NCBI GenBank assembly: GCA_963664305.2
Contig: CAXXLV010000001.1
Span: 192,001-256,000 of the forward strand
Length of the DNA: 64,000 nt
DNA from: an uncultured Aliarcobacter sp.
GTDB taxonomy: Bacteria; Campylobacterota; Campylobacteria; Campylobacterales; Arcobacteraceae
Direction: 5' to 3'
Below the pieces are notes generated by a model that was not told the origin of the DNA, ran no database searches, and saw nothing but the letters and a program-made list of their open reading frames with translations. Both the position numbers and the translations under genes were made by a program. This document shows, one piece after another, positions 9,632-23,854 of this stretch (position 1 is its first letter; every line of letters begins with the position of its first letter).

Positions 9632-10627
9632 ATGGGGAAAATATTTAATAAAGTTTTATTATTAGGTGCTGTTTCTTTAATGTCAAACACATTATTGGCA
9701 CAAGAAACTATTTGTTTCAAAAATGGTGTTGATAAACCTTCAATGATAGAAGAGATTGCACTTGATGGTGATGTTTGTAAAGGAACTTTAACTGTTAATG
9801 ATATGAAAAGTAATGGTTGGGATGTTTTAGATATAAAAATTTCAACTTCTCAAAATAAATTTAATTATTCGTACTATTTTTATAAAGGAAATACTACAAC
9901 TTCAAAAACTATTCTTAGCACATCTGTTGCTCAAGAGCAAGCAAGTTCTAATGAATTTTCAATAAAACCAATGGGTACAAAAATTACAAATATTGAAAAT
10001 AATAGAAGTACTATAAATATAGGAAACTTAATTGTAGGACAAACAGGAATCGTTGTACATATTTATGATAATGACAAAAGACAAATCATTTCTAATACAA
10101 AAGTTATTAGTTCAAATGCAAACTCTTCTGTAATAGAATTTTTCCCATTTGATGACTTATTACAAGAAGCACTTCCTACTTCAAATAGACAAGTTTCAAT
10201 AAATGATGTTGTTGTATTAAATTACATGTATAACTCTTCACTTTTAATTGCTCCTACACTTGATTCTTTCCAATCTGTAAGAAGTAATTTTAAATCAAAT
10301 AACTTTGTACATTCAGATATTTTTGCAGCAAAATTAAAAATTACTAATACTCCATTCCCAACAAAAGAAGACATACAAAAATTTGCAATAGAGCAAAATC
10401 TAGGAACAATTTTCTTTGTATTAAACAACAAAGTATTTATTGTTGATACAAAAACATTTACTATACTTGCTAGATACAATTTTGCTTATGAAAATAAAGA
10501 TACTCAAATGCCATTTTACACAAGAGTTGAAGAGATTGAAGGTTCAATATTTGATTTCTCATTCTTCTCAAGTAATGAAGATTTAACTTATGATGAATAT
10601 TATGAAAAAGTTTTAGGATTAAAATAA
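9632..10627 (+). CDS. Exported PgbA-like (plasminogen-binding protein N-terminal domain) protein
   Basis: Signal peptide; GQTGIVVH, FDDLLQEALP, LNYMYN.SLLIAP, FVHSDIF, FYTRV. Position before glcD-yihY matches the Campylobacterales arrangement as I recall it. Confidence 0.75.
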   Translation: MGKIFNKVLLLGAVSLMSNTLLAQETICFKNGVDKPSMIEEIALDGDVCKGTLTVNDMKSNGWDVLDIKISTSQNKFNYSYYFYKGNTTTSKTILSTSVAQEQASSNEFSIKPMGTKITNIENNRSTINIGNLIVGQTGIVVHIYDNDKRQIISNTKVISSNANSSVIEFFPFDDLLQEALPTSNRQVSINDVVVLNYMYNSSLLIAPTLDSFQSVRSNFKSNNFVHSDIFAAKLKITNTPFPTKEDIQKFAIEQNLGTIFFVLNNKVFIVDTKTFTILARYNFAYENKDTQMPFYTRVEEIEGSIFDFSFFSSNEDLTYDEYYEKVLGLK

Positions 10628-12015
10628 TGATTGATAAAAAACATTTAGATTACCTTACTTCTATTGTAGGTGAGGAAAATATAAAAAGCGATAAAGCTCA
10701 TTTAATCGCTTTTTGTTATGATGCAACAAGAACAAGATTTGAACCAGATGCTGTTGTTTTTCCAAGACATGAGCAAGATGTAAGTGATATTTTAAAATAT
10801 TGTAATGAACATCAAATTATCATTGTTCCAAGAGGAGCAGGTTCTGGATTTACAGGTGGTGCACTTCCTGCAAATGGTGGAATTATTCTTTCACTTGAAA
10901 GACACATGAATAAACTTCTTGAAATTGATATGGAAAATATGGTTGGTGTTGTTCAACCAGGACTTATCAATATGCAATTTCAAAAAGCAGTAGAAGAAGT
11001 AGGATTATTTTACCCACCAGATCCAGCAAGTGAAGAGTATTCAACACTTGGTGGAAATGTAAGTGAAAATGCAGGTGGAATGAGAGCGGCTAAATATGGA
11101 ATTACAAAAGATTATGTAATGGCCTTAAGAGCAGTTCTTCCAAATGGAGATATTATAGTTGCTGGTAAAAAAACTATTAAAGATGTTGCAGGATATAACA
11201 CAGCTGGGATTTTAATAGCAAGTGAAGGAACTTTAGCAGTTATCACTGAAATTACTTTAAAATTAATTCCAAAACCAAAATACAAAAAAACATATATGGG
11301 TGTTTTCCCTTCAGTTGATAGTGCAATGACAGCAGTATTTAAATCGCTTGCTGCTGGTGCAAATCCAGTTGCTATGGAATTTTTAGATGCACTTGTAATT
11401 AAAGCTTTAAGACAAAAATTCCCACAAATTTCACTTCCAGAACATGCAGGTGGAATTTTAGTTGGTGATGTTGATGCAAGTAGTGAAGCAGAAATTGAAT
11501 CTCAACTTCAAACTTTAAAAGAGTCATTTGCAGCAAATGGTTCTATTGATTTTATCATAGCACGTGATGAAGAAGAAGGTAAAAAGCTTTGGTTTGCTAG
11601 ACGTAATGCAAGTCCAGCAACAATGATTTATGGAACTAAAAAATTAAATGAAGACATTTCAGTTCCTAGAAGTAAATTACCAGTTGCATTAGAAGGAATC
11701 TATAAAATTGGTGAAAAATATGGATTCAATGTTCCTTGTTTTGGTCATGCAGGTGATGGGAATATTCACGTAAATGTTATGGTTAAAGACAAAACAAATG
11801 AAAAAGAGATGGAAGATGGACATAAAGCAATTGAAGAGATTTTCCAATATGTTGTTGATTTAGGTGGAACATTAAGTGGTGAACACGGAATTGGAACATC
11901 AAAAGCTCCATTTATGCATATTGCTTTTACAGAAGCTGAAATGAATCTATTTAGAAGTATTAAAAAAGCTTTTGACCCAAATAATATCTTAAATCCATTT
12001 AAAATGGGACTTTAA
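10627..12015 (+). CDS. glcD: FAD-linked oxidase, glycolate/D-2-hydroxyacid dehydrogenase subunit
   Basis: PRGAGSGFTGG, PPDPAS, GGNVSENAGG, SEGTLA, GHAGDGNIH, SGEHGIG, DP.NILNP.K. Confidence 0.9.
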   Translation: MIDKKHLDYLTSIVGEENIKSDKAHLIAFCYDATRTRFEPDAVVFPRHEQDVSDILKYCNEHQIIIVPRGAGSGFTGGALPANGGIILSLERHMNKLLEIDMENMVGVVQPGLINMQFQKAVEEVGLFYPPDPASEEYSTLGGNVSENAGGMRAAKYGITKDYVMALRAVLPNGDIIVAGKKTIKDVAGYNTAGILIASEGTLAVITEITLKLIPKPKYKKTYMGVFPSVDSAMTAVFKSLAAGANPVAMEFLDALVIKALRQKFPQISLPEHAGGILVGDVDASSEAEIESQLQTLKESFAANGSIDFIIARDEEEGKKLWFARRNASPATMIYGTKKLNEDISVPRSKLPVALEGIYKIGEKYGFNVPCFGHAGDGNIHVNVMVKDKTNEKEMEDGHKAIEEIFQYVVDLGGTLSGEHGIGTSKAPFMHIAFTEAEMNLFRSIKKAFDPNNILNPFKMGL

Positions 12016-12021
12016 TGATAA

Positions 12022-12816
12022 ATGAATAATATAGAAGAAGAAAAAAGCTTTTTAAAGAAATTCATAAGAGGTTTAGATTCATTTTTTAATGATGACACAA
12101 CTTATTATGCTGCTTCTTTAAGCTTTTTTACTATCTTCTCTATTTTACCTATAATTGCACTTTTTATTGCAATAATCTCAAACTTTTCTGAATTTGATAA
12201 CTATCTAGATATTTTTATAAACTACATTTTTAGTCTTATCAATCCAACTCATTCAACTGACATTGTTGAAGCTTTAAAAAAATATATATCAAATTCTAAT
12301 CAATTAGGAGTATTAGGTATAGTTTATATGATTTTTGTATTTATAATGTTCTTTAAAGATTATGAGTATATTGTAAATAAAATTCATCATGCAAAAAGAA
12401 AATCAATTCATTTTTCATTCATATTCTATACTTTATATTTAATAGTTGTAGCTTTATTATTTACCATTTCAAATATTTTTCTATCTTTATATAAAAATGC
12501 AATTCTAGATATAATTATTTCATATGTTTTTGCTTGGCTTATATTTTTTAGTTTATTTAAATTTAGTGTTAATAAAAAAATAGATGACAAAGCTGCTATT
12601 ATATCTTCACTTTTAACTTTTATTGTATTAACTGTTACAAAGAATTTATTTATTTACTATGTAATTTATAATAAAACATATACGACGATTTATGGTTCAC
12701 TGGCAACTTTACTTTTTACTTTCTTTTGGATTTATATATCTTGGATTATTTATCTATATGGAATAAAAATGTGTCATAAATTAAATATGATAGAGGAATT
12801 AAAAAAAAGAATTTAA
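12022..12816 (+). CDS. YihY/BrkB family membrane protein
   Basis: YAASLSFFTIFSILP and Y.TIYGSLA...F.WIYISWII.LYG motifs; multiple TMs. Confidence 0.9.
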   Translation: MNNIEEEKSFLKKFIRGLDSFFNDDTTYYAASLSFFTIFSILPIIALFIAIISNFSEFDNYLDIFINYIFSLINPTHSTDIVEALKKYISNSNQLGVLGIVYMIFVFIMFFKDYEYIVNKIHHAKRKSIHFSFIFYTLYLIVVALLFTISNIFLSLYKNAILDIIISYVFAWLIFFSLFKFSVNKKIDDKAAIISSLLTFIVLTVTKNLFIYYVIYNKTYTTIYGSLATLLFTFFWIYISWIIYLYGIKMCHKLNMIEELKKRI

Positions 12817-12843
12817 AAGAGTAGAAAAACTTCTACTCTTTTA
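12814..12843. terminator. Bidirectional intrinsic terminator
   Basis: Perfect 13-bp stem taaaagagtagaa/ttctactctttta between convergent genes. Confidence 0.8.
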
Positions 12844-14577
12844 TTAATTTGAAGGTAAATCTATTTGAATAGTATTTTGAATTAATACTTTATAAGTTGA
12901 ATCTTCGCTATTAGAATATACATTATAATCAATGCTATCAATACTTTGAGTTCCTGAAGAACTCCATACACCACTATCTGAATCAACTAAACTTACATTA
13001 TCAGTAGTATCACCAATAATTTTTAAAATACGCTCTCCTGATGCATCAGTCATATCAACAACATCTGTAAAAGATAATTTTATTAATGAATTAGAATTAA
13101 CATCTGTAGCTAAATCAATTCTTTCTATATCTTTAATATTAGAGTTATCCACTGTAGAAAAATCTATCTCACTTCCACCTAATAATTTCAAAGTATCAAT
13201 TCCATCACTACTATCTACTTGAATATTTGTTTCAAGAGTATCTCCACCATTTGATTCAGTTGAAGTTACTAAAGCTTCAATGCTATCTTTTGGAATTTGA
13301 TTATCACTTACAAATGTATATTCACCATGTCCATTTTCATCTAATGGAATTAAAACCGTTTGTCCACCTATATTAACACTAACATCAGATAATGTTTCAC
13401 TTCCATCTGTATCAGTTAATAAAGCATCTACAGATATATCATATTCATAAGATGTAACCACATTATCAACTTCTTTAGTATATGGTTCAACCTCTTCCAT
13501 GATAGTTGCTTCATATGCATCAATTTGTATTGCTGAAGATCCATTTCCAGCTGTTCCTGTATGAATAATTTCAAAAGAATTAAATAAAGTTGAATTAGAA
13601 TAAGAGTGTTCACCATCAATCAATGTATTTCTTCCAACTTCATTTCCATCACTATAAAATATAATTTCACCATTTGCTTGACTTTGTCCATGATTATTTT
13701 CATTTGCAGTCAAATTAATATTTAAACTTATAATACTAGTATCTCCGCCTAAAGTTAATATTCCTGTAGTTTCTTTACTTCCTTTATTAAGAATAATCTT
13801 ATCATTTCCATTTAGTAAGATATTTATATCAGTATTTTTATAGTAATTATCTCCTATATTAAATATCCCTTCTGCTTCATTTTTTTCAGTATCAATAACT
13901 GTAGAAATTCCTATTTTATTATATTTAATAATCTCATTAACAATTGTATTTAAATTTACTTCAGAAGCAGTAGTATCAATTGTTGGTGTTTCTATTGGTG
14001 TTTCTGTTAGAATTATATTATTTGAAACATCAATAGTATCATTTGCTACAACTGTTTCATCAATAACAGTAGTAACAACTTCAGCATCTCTTAAATCAGT
14101 AGTGATATTAGTTTCACCAGCTGTTCTATCTTCCAATCTTAAAGGAACAATTCCAACTGGGTCAGTTGTTGTTTGATCACCACCTGCAGCTGCTGCATCT
14201 AAGTTTTCGATTTGAGCTAAAGTAAGATTAGCTTGTTCATTGTTTTGATTTGGAGTATCTTGTAGATTACTTGTTGCTTGTTCTAATAAGTCGCCAACTT
14301 CATTGTTTTTAACAACAGTATCTTCTGGAATTTCTCCAGATAATAATGTAATATCAAAAAGTTGTTCATTATTTCCAACTACTTGGATTTGACCTAAATT
14401 ATTTACCAAATTCACAAAAATTGAATTTATATTACTGTTTGATGAACTTCCAACTATCACATCACCTTTACTTAGCATAGCGCCCACTTTAGCAACTTCT
14501 AAAGTTCCATCTGGATGTTTTATAAAAAACGAACCATTTTCGAATGTAATTTTTCCAATTATATTTGCCATAGCCAT
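12844..14577 (-). CDS. Retention-module-containing, T1SS-secreted protein (short LapA/adhesin-like)
   Basis: N-terminal retention-module-like region ending in LDAAAAGG; D.DGSETLS motif; acidic, Thr/Asn-rich, no Cys; C-terminal GIDTLKL...IDFS...IERIDL...LKI.GD..D.V T1SS target-like region. Confidence 0.7.
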   Translation of the reverse strand: MAMANIIGKITFENGSFFIKHPDGTLEVAKVGAMLSKGDVIVGSSSNSNINSIFVNLVNNLGQIQVVGNNEQLFDITLLSGEIPEDTVVKNNEVGDLLEQATSNLQDTPNQNNEQANLTLAQIENLDAAAAGGDQTTTDPVGIVPLRLEDRTAGETNITTDLRDAEVVTTVIDETVVANDTIDVSNNIILTETPIETPTIDTTASEVNLNTIVNEIIKYNKIGISTVIDTEKNEAEGIFNIGDNYYKNTDINILLNGNDKIILNKGSKETTGILTLGGDTSIISLNINLTANENNHGQSQANGEIIFYSDGNEVGRNTLIDGEHSYSNSTLFNSFEIIHTGTAGNGSSAIQIDAYEATIMEEVEPYTKEVDNVVTSYEYDISVDALLTDTDGSETLSDVSVNIGGQTVLIPLDENGHGEYTFVSDNQIPKDSIEALVTSTESNGGDTLETNIQVDSSDGIDTLKLLGGSEIDFSTVDNSNIKDIERIDLATDVNSNSLIKLSFTDVVDMTDASGERILKIIGDTTDNVSLVDSDSGVWSSSGTQSIDSIDYNVYSNSEDSTYKVLIQNTIQIDLPSN

Positions 14578-14700
14578 CTCCTTAGTAATATAATATATTT
14601 ATATCTAAGTATATAGCTTTTTCAAGATATTGTCTATTGTACTTAGGTGATAGAAGATAAATAAAAGAAGCCATAGAAAAAGAAGGCAGAAAGCGGGGCA

Positions 14701-14755
14701 AAAAAAAAGCTTCTGCTAAAAAGAACTTAAAGAAGTTCAAATTAGCAAAAGCTTT
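14701..14755 (-). terminator. rRNA operon terminator
   Basis: Long hairpin aaagcttttgctaa..gaactt-aagttc..ttagcagaagcttt followed by a T-run on the minus strand, just 3' of the 5S gene. Confidence 0.75.
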
Positions 14756-14769
14756 GAAAAAAACTCAAG

Positions 14770-14886
14770 AGCTGGCAGCGGCCTACGTTTCCACCAGGGG
14801 ACCCGGCAGTATTATCGGCGATGAAGTGCTTGACTTCCAGGTTCGGAATGGGACTGGGTATTTCCACTTCTCTATAGCCACCAGCA
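14770..14886 (-). rRNA. rrf: 5S rRNA
   Basis: Minus strand TGCTGGTGGCTATAG...CCCATTCCGAAC...GCCGATAATACT...GTAGGCCGCTGCCAGC with pairing ends. Confidence 0.97.
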
Positions 14887-15034
14887 AAGTTGAGTAAAGA
14901 AGATATTATAAAAAATATACTCTTCACTCAACTCGTTTAGGAGTTAAGAAAAAATAATGTTAAAGTCTTTTCACAATATATACTAAATATAAGAAATATA
15001 TTTAATAAGATAGTAAACCAAAGAATTGTTTAAA

Positions 15035-17945
<2,911 letters not shown>

Positions 17946-18241
17946 TAAATAGAGTTAAACTCTATCGCTTTTTGATAATATTCTTTGGCTACTATCTTAT
18001 TAAACATATTATTTAAAATATATCCAATAAAATAATGTTGTGTTCTATCTAATTTCTTAGATATGAAATTTTTTTTGTTTTAAATTATTTAACATTTCTG
18101 TTATCTAATTCTTACGAAAAAATTAAAGACTTTAACATTATATTTTTAAATATCGTTTTGATTTTGAAAATCAAATATAAATTCAATCTCTTATTGAACT
18201 TATATTTAACTTTTAAATCAGATGAACTTATTAGTTATAGG

Positions 18242-18317
18242 TGGTGGAGAATAGCGGGATCGAACCGCTGACCTCCTGCGTGCAAAGCAGGCGCTCTCCC
18301 AGCTGAGCTAATTCCCC
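18242..18317 (-). tRNA. tRNA-Ala(TGC)
   Basis: GGGGAATTAGCTCAGCTGGGAGAGCGCCTGCTTTGCACGCAGGAGGTCAGCGGTTCGATCCCGCTATTCTCCACCA. Confidence 0.98.
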
Positions 18318-18348
18318 AACCTAAATTAATCTTTACTAGATTATTTAA

Positions 18349-18425
18349 TGGTGGGCCTATCAGGACTTGAACCTGAGACCTCACGATTATCAGTCGAGCG
18401 CTCTAGCCAGCTGAGCTATAGGCCC
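18349..18425 (-). tRNA. tRNA-Ile(GAT)
   Basis: GGGCCTATAGCTCAGCTGGCTAGAGCGCTCGACTGATAATCGTGAGGTCTCAGGTTCAAGTCCTGATAGGCCCACCA. Confidence 0.98.
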
Positions 18426-18506
18426 CTTTACTACCTATTTAAATAATCTTTATAAACCGAATATAAAATCTCTGGAAGTAAGAAACGAATCTTACTTCTC
18501 TCTCTG

Positions 18507-20024
<1,518 letters not shown>

Positions 20025-20228
20025 TTATAGAGTTTTTGAAACTGACAAATTTTATAACTCTTCAATTACAAAATTATCACTCAAATTTTATAGACAAGAT
20101 TTGTTTTACCAAATTTCTTGTTTTTATATTTTTTAACATTTATTCTTATTTTAAATCTAAATAAACATAGATTTTTTATAAGAGTTCTATATTCGGTTTA
20201 TAAAGATTACTTTACAAACTTTCATTCA

Positions 20229-20242
20229 TTTTTAAAGATCAT
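20229..20242 (-). promoter_or_regulatory. boxA-like antitermination element in the rrn leader
   Basis: Minus strand ATGATCTTTAAAAA, similar to the boxA consensus TGCTCTTTAACA, between promoter and 16S. Confidence 0.55.
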
Positions 20243-20310
20243 TCCAGACTCGATTGAATCGTTTCTCTTCAAGCTTTTCGTTTGAAGCGTTCCAGTCAAA
20301 TTGGACGGGA

Positions 20311-20339
20311 ATTATAATAGATTTTTATCTACTTGTCAA
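20311..20339 (-). promoter_or_regulatory. rRNA operon sigma70 promoter
   Basis: Perfect TTGACA (20339-20334) - 17 bp - TATAAT (20316-20311), followed by a GC-rich discriminator TCCCGTCC. Confidence 0.9.
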
Positions 20340-20492
20340 TACCCTAACGCTGAAATGTAGCTTAAATTTTGAAATTTGTCGGCTTTACTATTCTTTTATT
20401 GCCTTTTTTATTCTTTTTCTTTTATTTGCTATGTTTTTCTTGTGTTTTTGTTGTTTTCTATTATTTTTTACGAAGAATTATTTTAAAAGTTT

Positions 20493-20519
20493 ATATAAAA
20501 GGTAAAAAACCTTTTATAT
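20493..20519 (-). terminator. Hairpin terminator after the cytochrome c gene
   Basis: 11-bp stem atataaaaggt/accttttatat. Confidence 0.6.
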
Positions 20520-20536
20520 TTTTGATTGTAGATGGA

Positions 20537-21178
20537 TTATAAGTTAGAGATAAATGTAGATAATGCATCAATTTCTGCATCAGTTTTTGAATCAATTTGT
20601 GTTTTCATTATATTTTTCATTACGCCACCATATGTTCCAGCTTTATAACCATTTAATGCATTAATAATTCTTTCTTTATCCCAACCTGCAATAATTTGAG
20701 ATTTTCCTAAAGCTTCTTTTTCAGCTTTTTGTCCATGACAAGATGAACATGTTTTAAATAATAGTTCTCCATTTGGTCCTTCTTCAACTGTTTTTGAAAC
20801 TTCTTGAACTTCATTAGTTGCATTTGATATTGCTTCTTTTACTTCATTTTGTGTTTCATTTACTTTTTCAGCTACATTAGATACTTGAGTTGCTATTGTT
20901 TCTTTAACTTCTTGTGCAACAGGCGCAACAGCTTCTTTTAAATCTTGAACTGTATTCTCAGTTACTTTATTTGTTGCTTCTTCAACTGTTTTTGAAACTT
21001 CTGTTGCAGCAGTTGTTACTGTTTGAGATACTTCTTTTGCTGCTTCATTTACAACTTCTTTTGTTGTTTCTTGTTTTGTTGTAACCTCAGCAGTTGCTTG
21101 TTCTGTTTTTTTATCTTCACCACATCCACTTAATAGTAATACTGCAATTGCAGCTGAACTTAGTAAAATTTTATTCAT
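20537..21178 (-). CDS. Lipoprotein c-type cytochrome (c553-like) with long low-complexity linker
   Basis: Lipobox LLLSGC; Ala/Glu/Thr/Val-rich linker; single CSSCH heme motif; YGG.MK.IM distal Met region. Confidence 0.9.
   Translation of the reverse strand: MNKILLSSAAIAVLLLSGCGEDKKTEQATAEVTTKQETTKEVVNEAAKEVSQTVTTAATEVSKTVEEATNKVTENTVQDLKEAVAPVAQEVKETIATQVSNVAEKVNETQNEVKEAISNATNEVQEVSKTVEEGPNGELLFKTCSSCHGQKAEKEALGKSQIIAGWDKERIINALNGYKAGTYGGVMKNIMKTQIDSKTDAEIDALSTFISNL
20779..21002. repeat. 26-bp direct repeat inside the cytochrome c linker
   Basis: cttcttcaactgtttttgaaacttct at 20779-20804 and 20977-21002 (encodes EVSKTVEE twice). Confidence 0.85.
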
Positions 21179-21250
21179 TTATTTTCCTTTTCTATCATAT
21201 TATTAAAATTTTATTTTTTATTATAACTAAACTATTGTATAAAAATTGTG

Positions 21251-23479
21251 TCAAAGACTTTTATATGTAAATACAAAGTCATTATCAAAATCAATTTTTA
21301 CAATTCCACCTTTTTTAAGTTTTCCAAATAATATCTCATCTGTTAAAGGATTTTTTATCTTATCTGAAATAACTCTATTTAATGGTCTTGCCCCCATTGC
21401 TTTATCATAACCTAATGTTGCTAACTCTTTTTTAGCTTTTGCACTAATTTCAATTTTTATTTTTTTATCTACTAATTGTTTTTCTAAATCTTCTATAAAT
21501 TTACCTGCAACTTTTGCAACAATATCCATACTTAATGAATCAAATGTCACAACTGCATCAAGTCTATTTCTAAACTCTGGAGCAAAGAATTTATTTATTG
21601 CTTTGTTTTCATTTAGTTTTTCATTTTTTGCAAATCCCATTACATTTGCTTCTGTTGCACCTAGATTTGATGTCATAATTAAAACTACATTTTGGAAATC
21701 TGCTTTATTTCCACTATTATCAGTTAATTCAGCGTTATCCATAACTTGAAGTAAAATTGACATTAAATCAGGATGAGCTTTTTCAATCTCATCTAATAAT
21801 AAAACTGTATGAGGATGTTTTCTTATAGCTTCTGTTAAAAGTCCACCTTGTTCAAATCCAACATAACCAGCAGGTGCTCCAATAAGTCTTGAAACAGTAT
21901 GAGCTTCCATATATTCACTCATATCAAATCTTTCAAAATGAATACCTAATTGAGTTGATAGCTCTTTTGCCACTTCAGTTTTACCAACTCCTGTTGGTCC
22001 ACTAAATAAGAAACTTCCTATTGGTTTTTTATCAAGTCCAAGCCCAGCTTTATTTCTTTTTATTGATTGAACTATAGTAGTTATTGCTTTATCTTGACCA
22101 AATACTCTTTTTTGCATATTTTTTTCTAAAGATTTAAGTAGTGTTAAATCTGATTTTGTTGCACTTCTTTCAGGAATATGTGCCATTTTTGCAACTGTTG
22201 TTTCTACATCTTTTGAAGTAATTGTTATATTATTTTCAGATTTTGTTTTCAAACTTGTTGATAAACTGATTTTTTTAGAAGCTCCAACCTCATCAATAAC
22301 ATCAATAGCACAATCAGGTAAAAATCTATCTGTAATATATTTTTTACTTAGTTCAACTGCGCTAGAAATTGCACTTTTTGAATATTTTACTCCATGGTAT
22401 TCTTCATATTTTGATTTTAAACCTTCTAAAATTAAAATTGAATCTTCAATACTTGGTTCTTCAACATCTACTTTTGCAAATCTTCTACTAAGAGCCTTAT
22501 CTTTTGCAAAATCATTTCTAAATTCACTAAAAGTTGTTGCACCAATACATCTTAATTTTCCATTTGCAAGCATTGGTTTTAAAATATTTGAAGCATCCAT
22601 GGCACTTCCACCAACACTTCCAGCGCCAACAATAGTGTGAATTTCATCTATAAATAAAATTGCATTTTTAATTTTTGATACTTCTTTTAAAAGAGTTTTT
22701 AATTTTTTCTCAAAATCTCCTCTATATTTAGTTCCTGCTAACATAGAACCCATATCTAAAGAGAAAACTTTTGATTTTAATAAAAATTCTGGAACTTGTT
22801 CTTGTGCAATTTTTAAAGCTAATCCTTCTGCAATTGCAGTTTTTCCAACTCCAGGTTCTCCTACAAGTATTGGATTATTTTTCTTTCTTCTACTTAAAAT
22901 TTCAATTACTCTTGAAACTTCTTTTTCTCTTCCAATAACTGGGTCTATTTCACCTTTTTTTGCTAAAGCAACAAGTTCAGTAGAATTTTTATCTAAAACT
23001 TTATTATCATTATCTACACCATTTTCTGAACTTTCATCTTCGTCATCATTATCTTTATGTGAAATCTCTTCAAGAATATCTACTCTTTGTATTCCTAATT
23101 TTTTTAATAAATATGTTGCATATGAATTTTCATCTTTTAAAATTGCAACAAACATATCTTCAACATTTGCATTTGTTTTTCCACTTGTTTGTGTATGCGA
23201 AACCATATATTCAATAGTTGAAGCTAAAGATAATGTTTCCATTGGTTCTTCATTTATATTTTGGTCTTCTGGAAATTTTGGAGTATTATCATCAATATAT
23301 TTTTTTAATTCATCAAATAACTTATTTGTATCAACTCCTAAATCTATAAAAAGATTTTCTATTGTTTGGTCATGTATTAACATTAAAAAGATATGCTCAA
23401 CAGTTAAATATTCATGTTTACTACTTTTTGCATAACCAACCGCTTGTGCAAAAATATTTCTTAATTCTTTACTTATCAT
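21251..23479 (-). CDS. clpA: ATP-dependent Clp protease ATP-binding subunit ClpA
   Basis: Clp N domain (HEYLTVEH); two AAA+ modules (GEPGVGKT, LFIDEIH; GPTGVGKT, LLLDEIEKAHP); MGF ClpP-binding loop; no ClpB middle domain; next to clpS. Confidence 0.96.
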   Translation of the reverse strand: MISKELRNIFAQAVGYAKSSKHEYLTVEHIFLMLIHDQTIENLFIDLGVDTNKLFDELKKYIDDNTPKFPEDQNINEEPMETLSLASTIEYMVSHTQTSGKTNANVEDMFVAILKDENSYATYLLKKLGIQRVDILEEISHKDNDDEDESSENGVDNDNKVLDKNSTELVALAKKGEIDPVIGREKEVSRVIEILSRRKKNNPILVGEPGVGKTAIAEGLALKIAQEQVPEFLLKSKVFSLDMGSMLAGTKYRGDFEKKLKTLLKEVSKIKNAILFIDEIHTIVGAGSVGGSAMDASNILKPMLANGKLRCIGATTFSEFRNDFAKDKALSRRFAKVDVEEPSIEDSILILEGLKSKYEEYHGVKYSKSAISSAVELSKKYITDRFLPDCAIDVIDEVGASKKISLSTSLKTKSENNITITSKDVETTVAKMAHIPERSATKSDLTLLKSLEKNMQKRVFGQDKAITTIVQSIKRNKAGLGLDKKPIGSFLFSGPTGVGKTEVAKELSTQLGIHFERFDMSEYMEAHTVSRLIGAPAGYVGFEQGGLLTEAIRKHPHTVLLLDEIEKAHPDLMSILLQVMDNAELTDNSGNKADFQNVVLIMTSNLGATEANVMGFAKNEKLNENKAINKFFAPEFRNRLDAVVTFDSLSMDIVAKVAGKFIEDLEKQLVDKKIKIEISAKAKKELATLGYDKAMGARPLNRVISDKIKNPLTDEILFGKLKKGGIVKIDFDNDFVFTYKSL

Positions 23480-23483
23480 TGTT

Positions 23484-23783
23484 TTATTCTTCTTCCATAA
23501 CAGCTTTTAAAGGAAAGCCTTTTTCTCGAGCCATTGTTTTTACTTGTGCCACTTTTGTTGAAGCTATTTCATGAGTATAAGTTCCACATAACTCTTTTCC
23601 ATTATTATGAATATTAAGCATAATAACTGAAGCTTCATCTAATGATTTTCTAAATACTTTTACTAAAACATCTACTACAAAATCCATTGTTGAAAAATCA
23701 TCATTTAAAAGAAAAACATTATATTTCTTTGGCTCTTGTAAATCTAAATCATCATTTAATTCTATTTCTATTTCATTACTCAC
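23484..23783 (-). CDS. clpS: ATP-dependent Clp protease adaptor ClpS
   Basis: [24 protein letters not shown]. Start moved to GTG 23783 (AAAGG upstream). Confidence 0.95.
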   Translation of the reverse strand: MSNEIEIELNDDLDLQEPKKYNVFLLNDDFSTMDFVVDVLVKVFRKSLDEASVIMLNIHNNGKELCGTYTHEIASTKVAQVKTMAREKGFPLKAVMEEE

Positions 23784-23798
23784 TTCAAACCTTTGTTT

Positions 23799-23840
23799 TG
23801 ATAAAATCTCATTTTTAATAAAAAACAACCTATTATAACA
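23799..23840. promoter_or_regulatory. Face-to-face extended -10 promoters for bioD (+) and clpS-clpA (-)
   Basis: TGATAAAAT on + at 23799-23807; TGTTATAAT on - at 23840-23832. Confidence 0.55.
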
Positions 23841-23854
23841 AAAAAGAGATAATT

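Noticed and set aside
10627..12015. glcD as a physical part of the CitE/mch glyoxylate system
   Set aside because: It lies ~13 kb away across the rRNA operon, in a pgbA-glcD-yihY context I recall as common in Campylobacterales; a metabolic link is possible but position does not support it.
14634..14653. Weak dyad upstream of the retention-module gene (ctattgtacttaggtgatag)
   Set aside because: Too imperfect to distinguish from chance.
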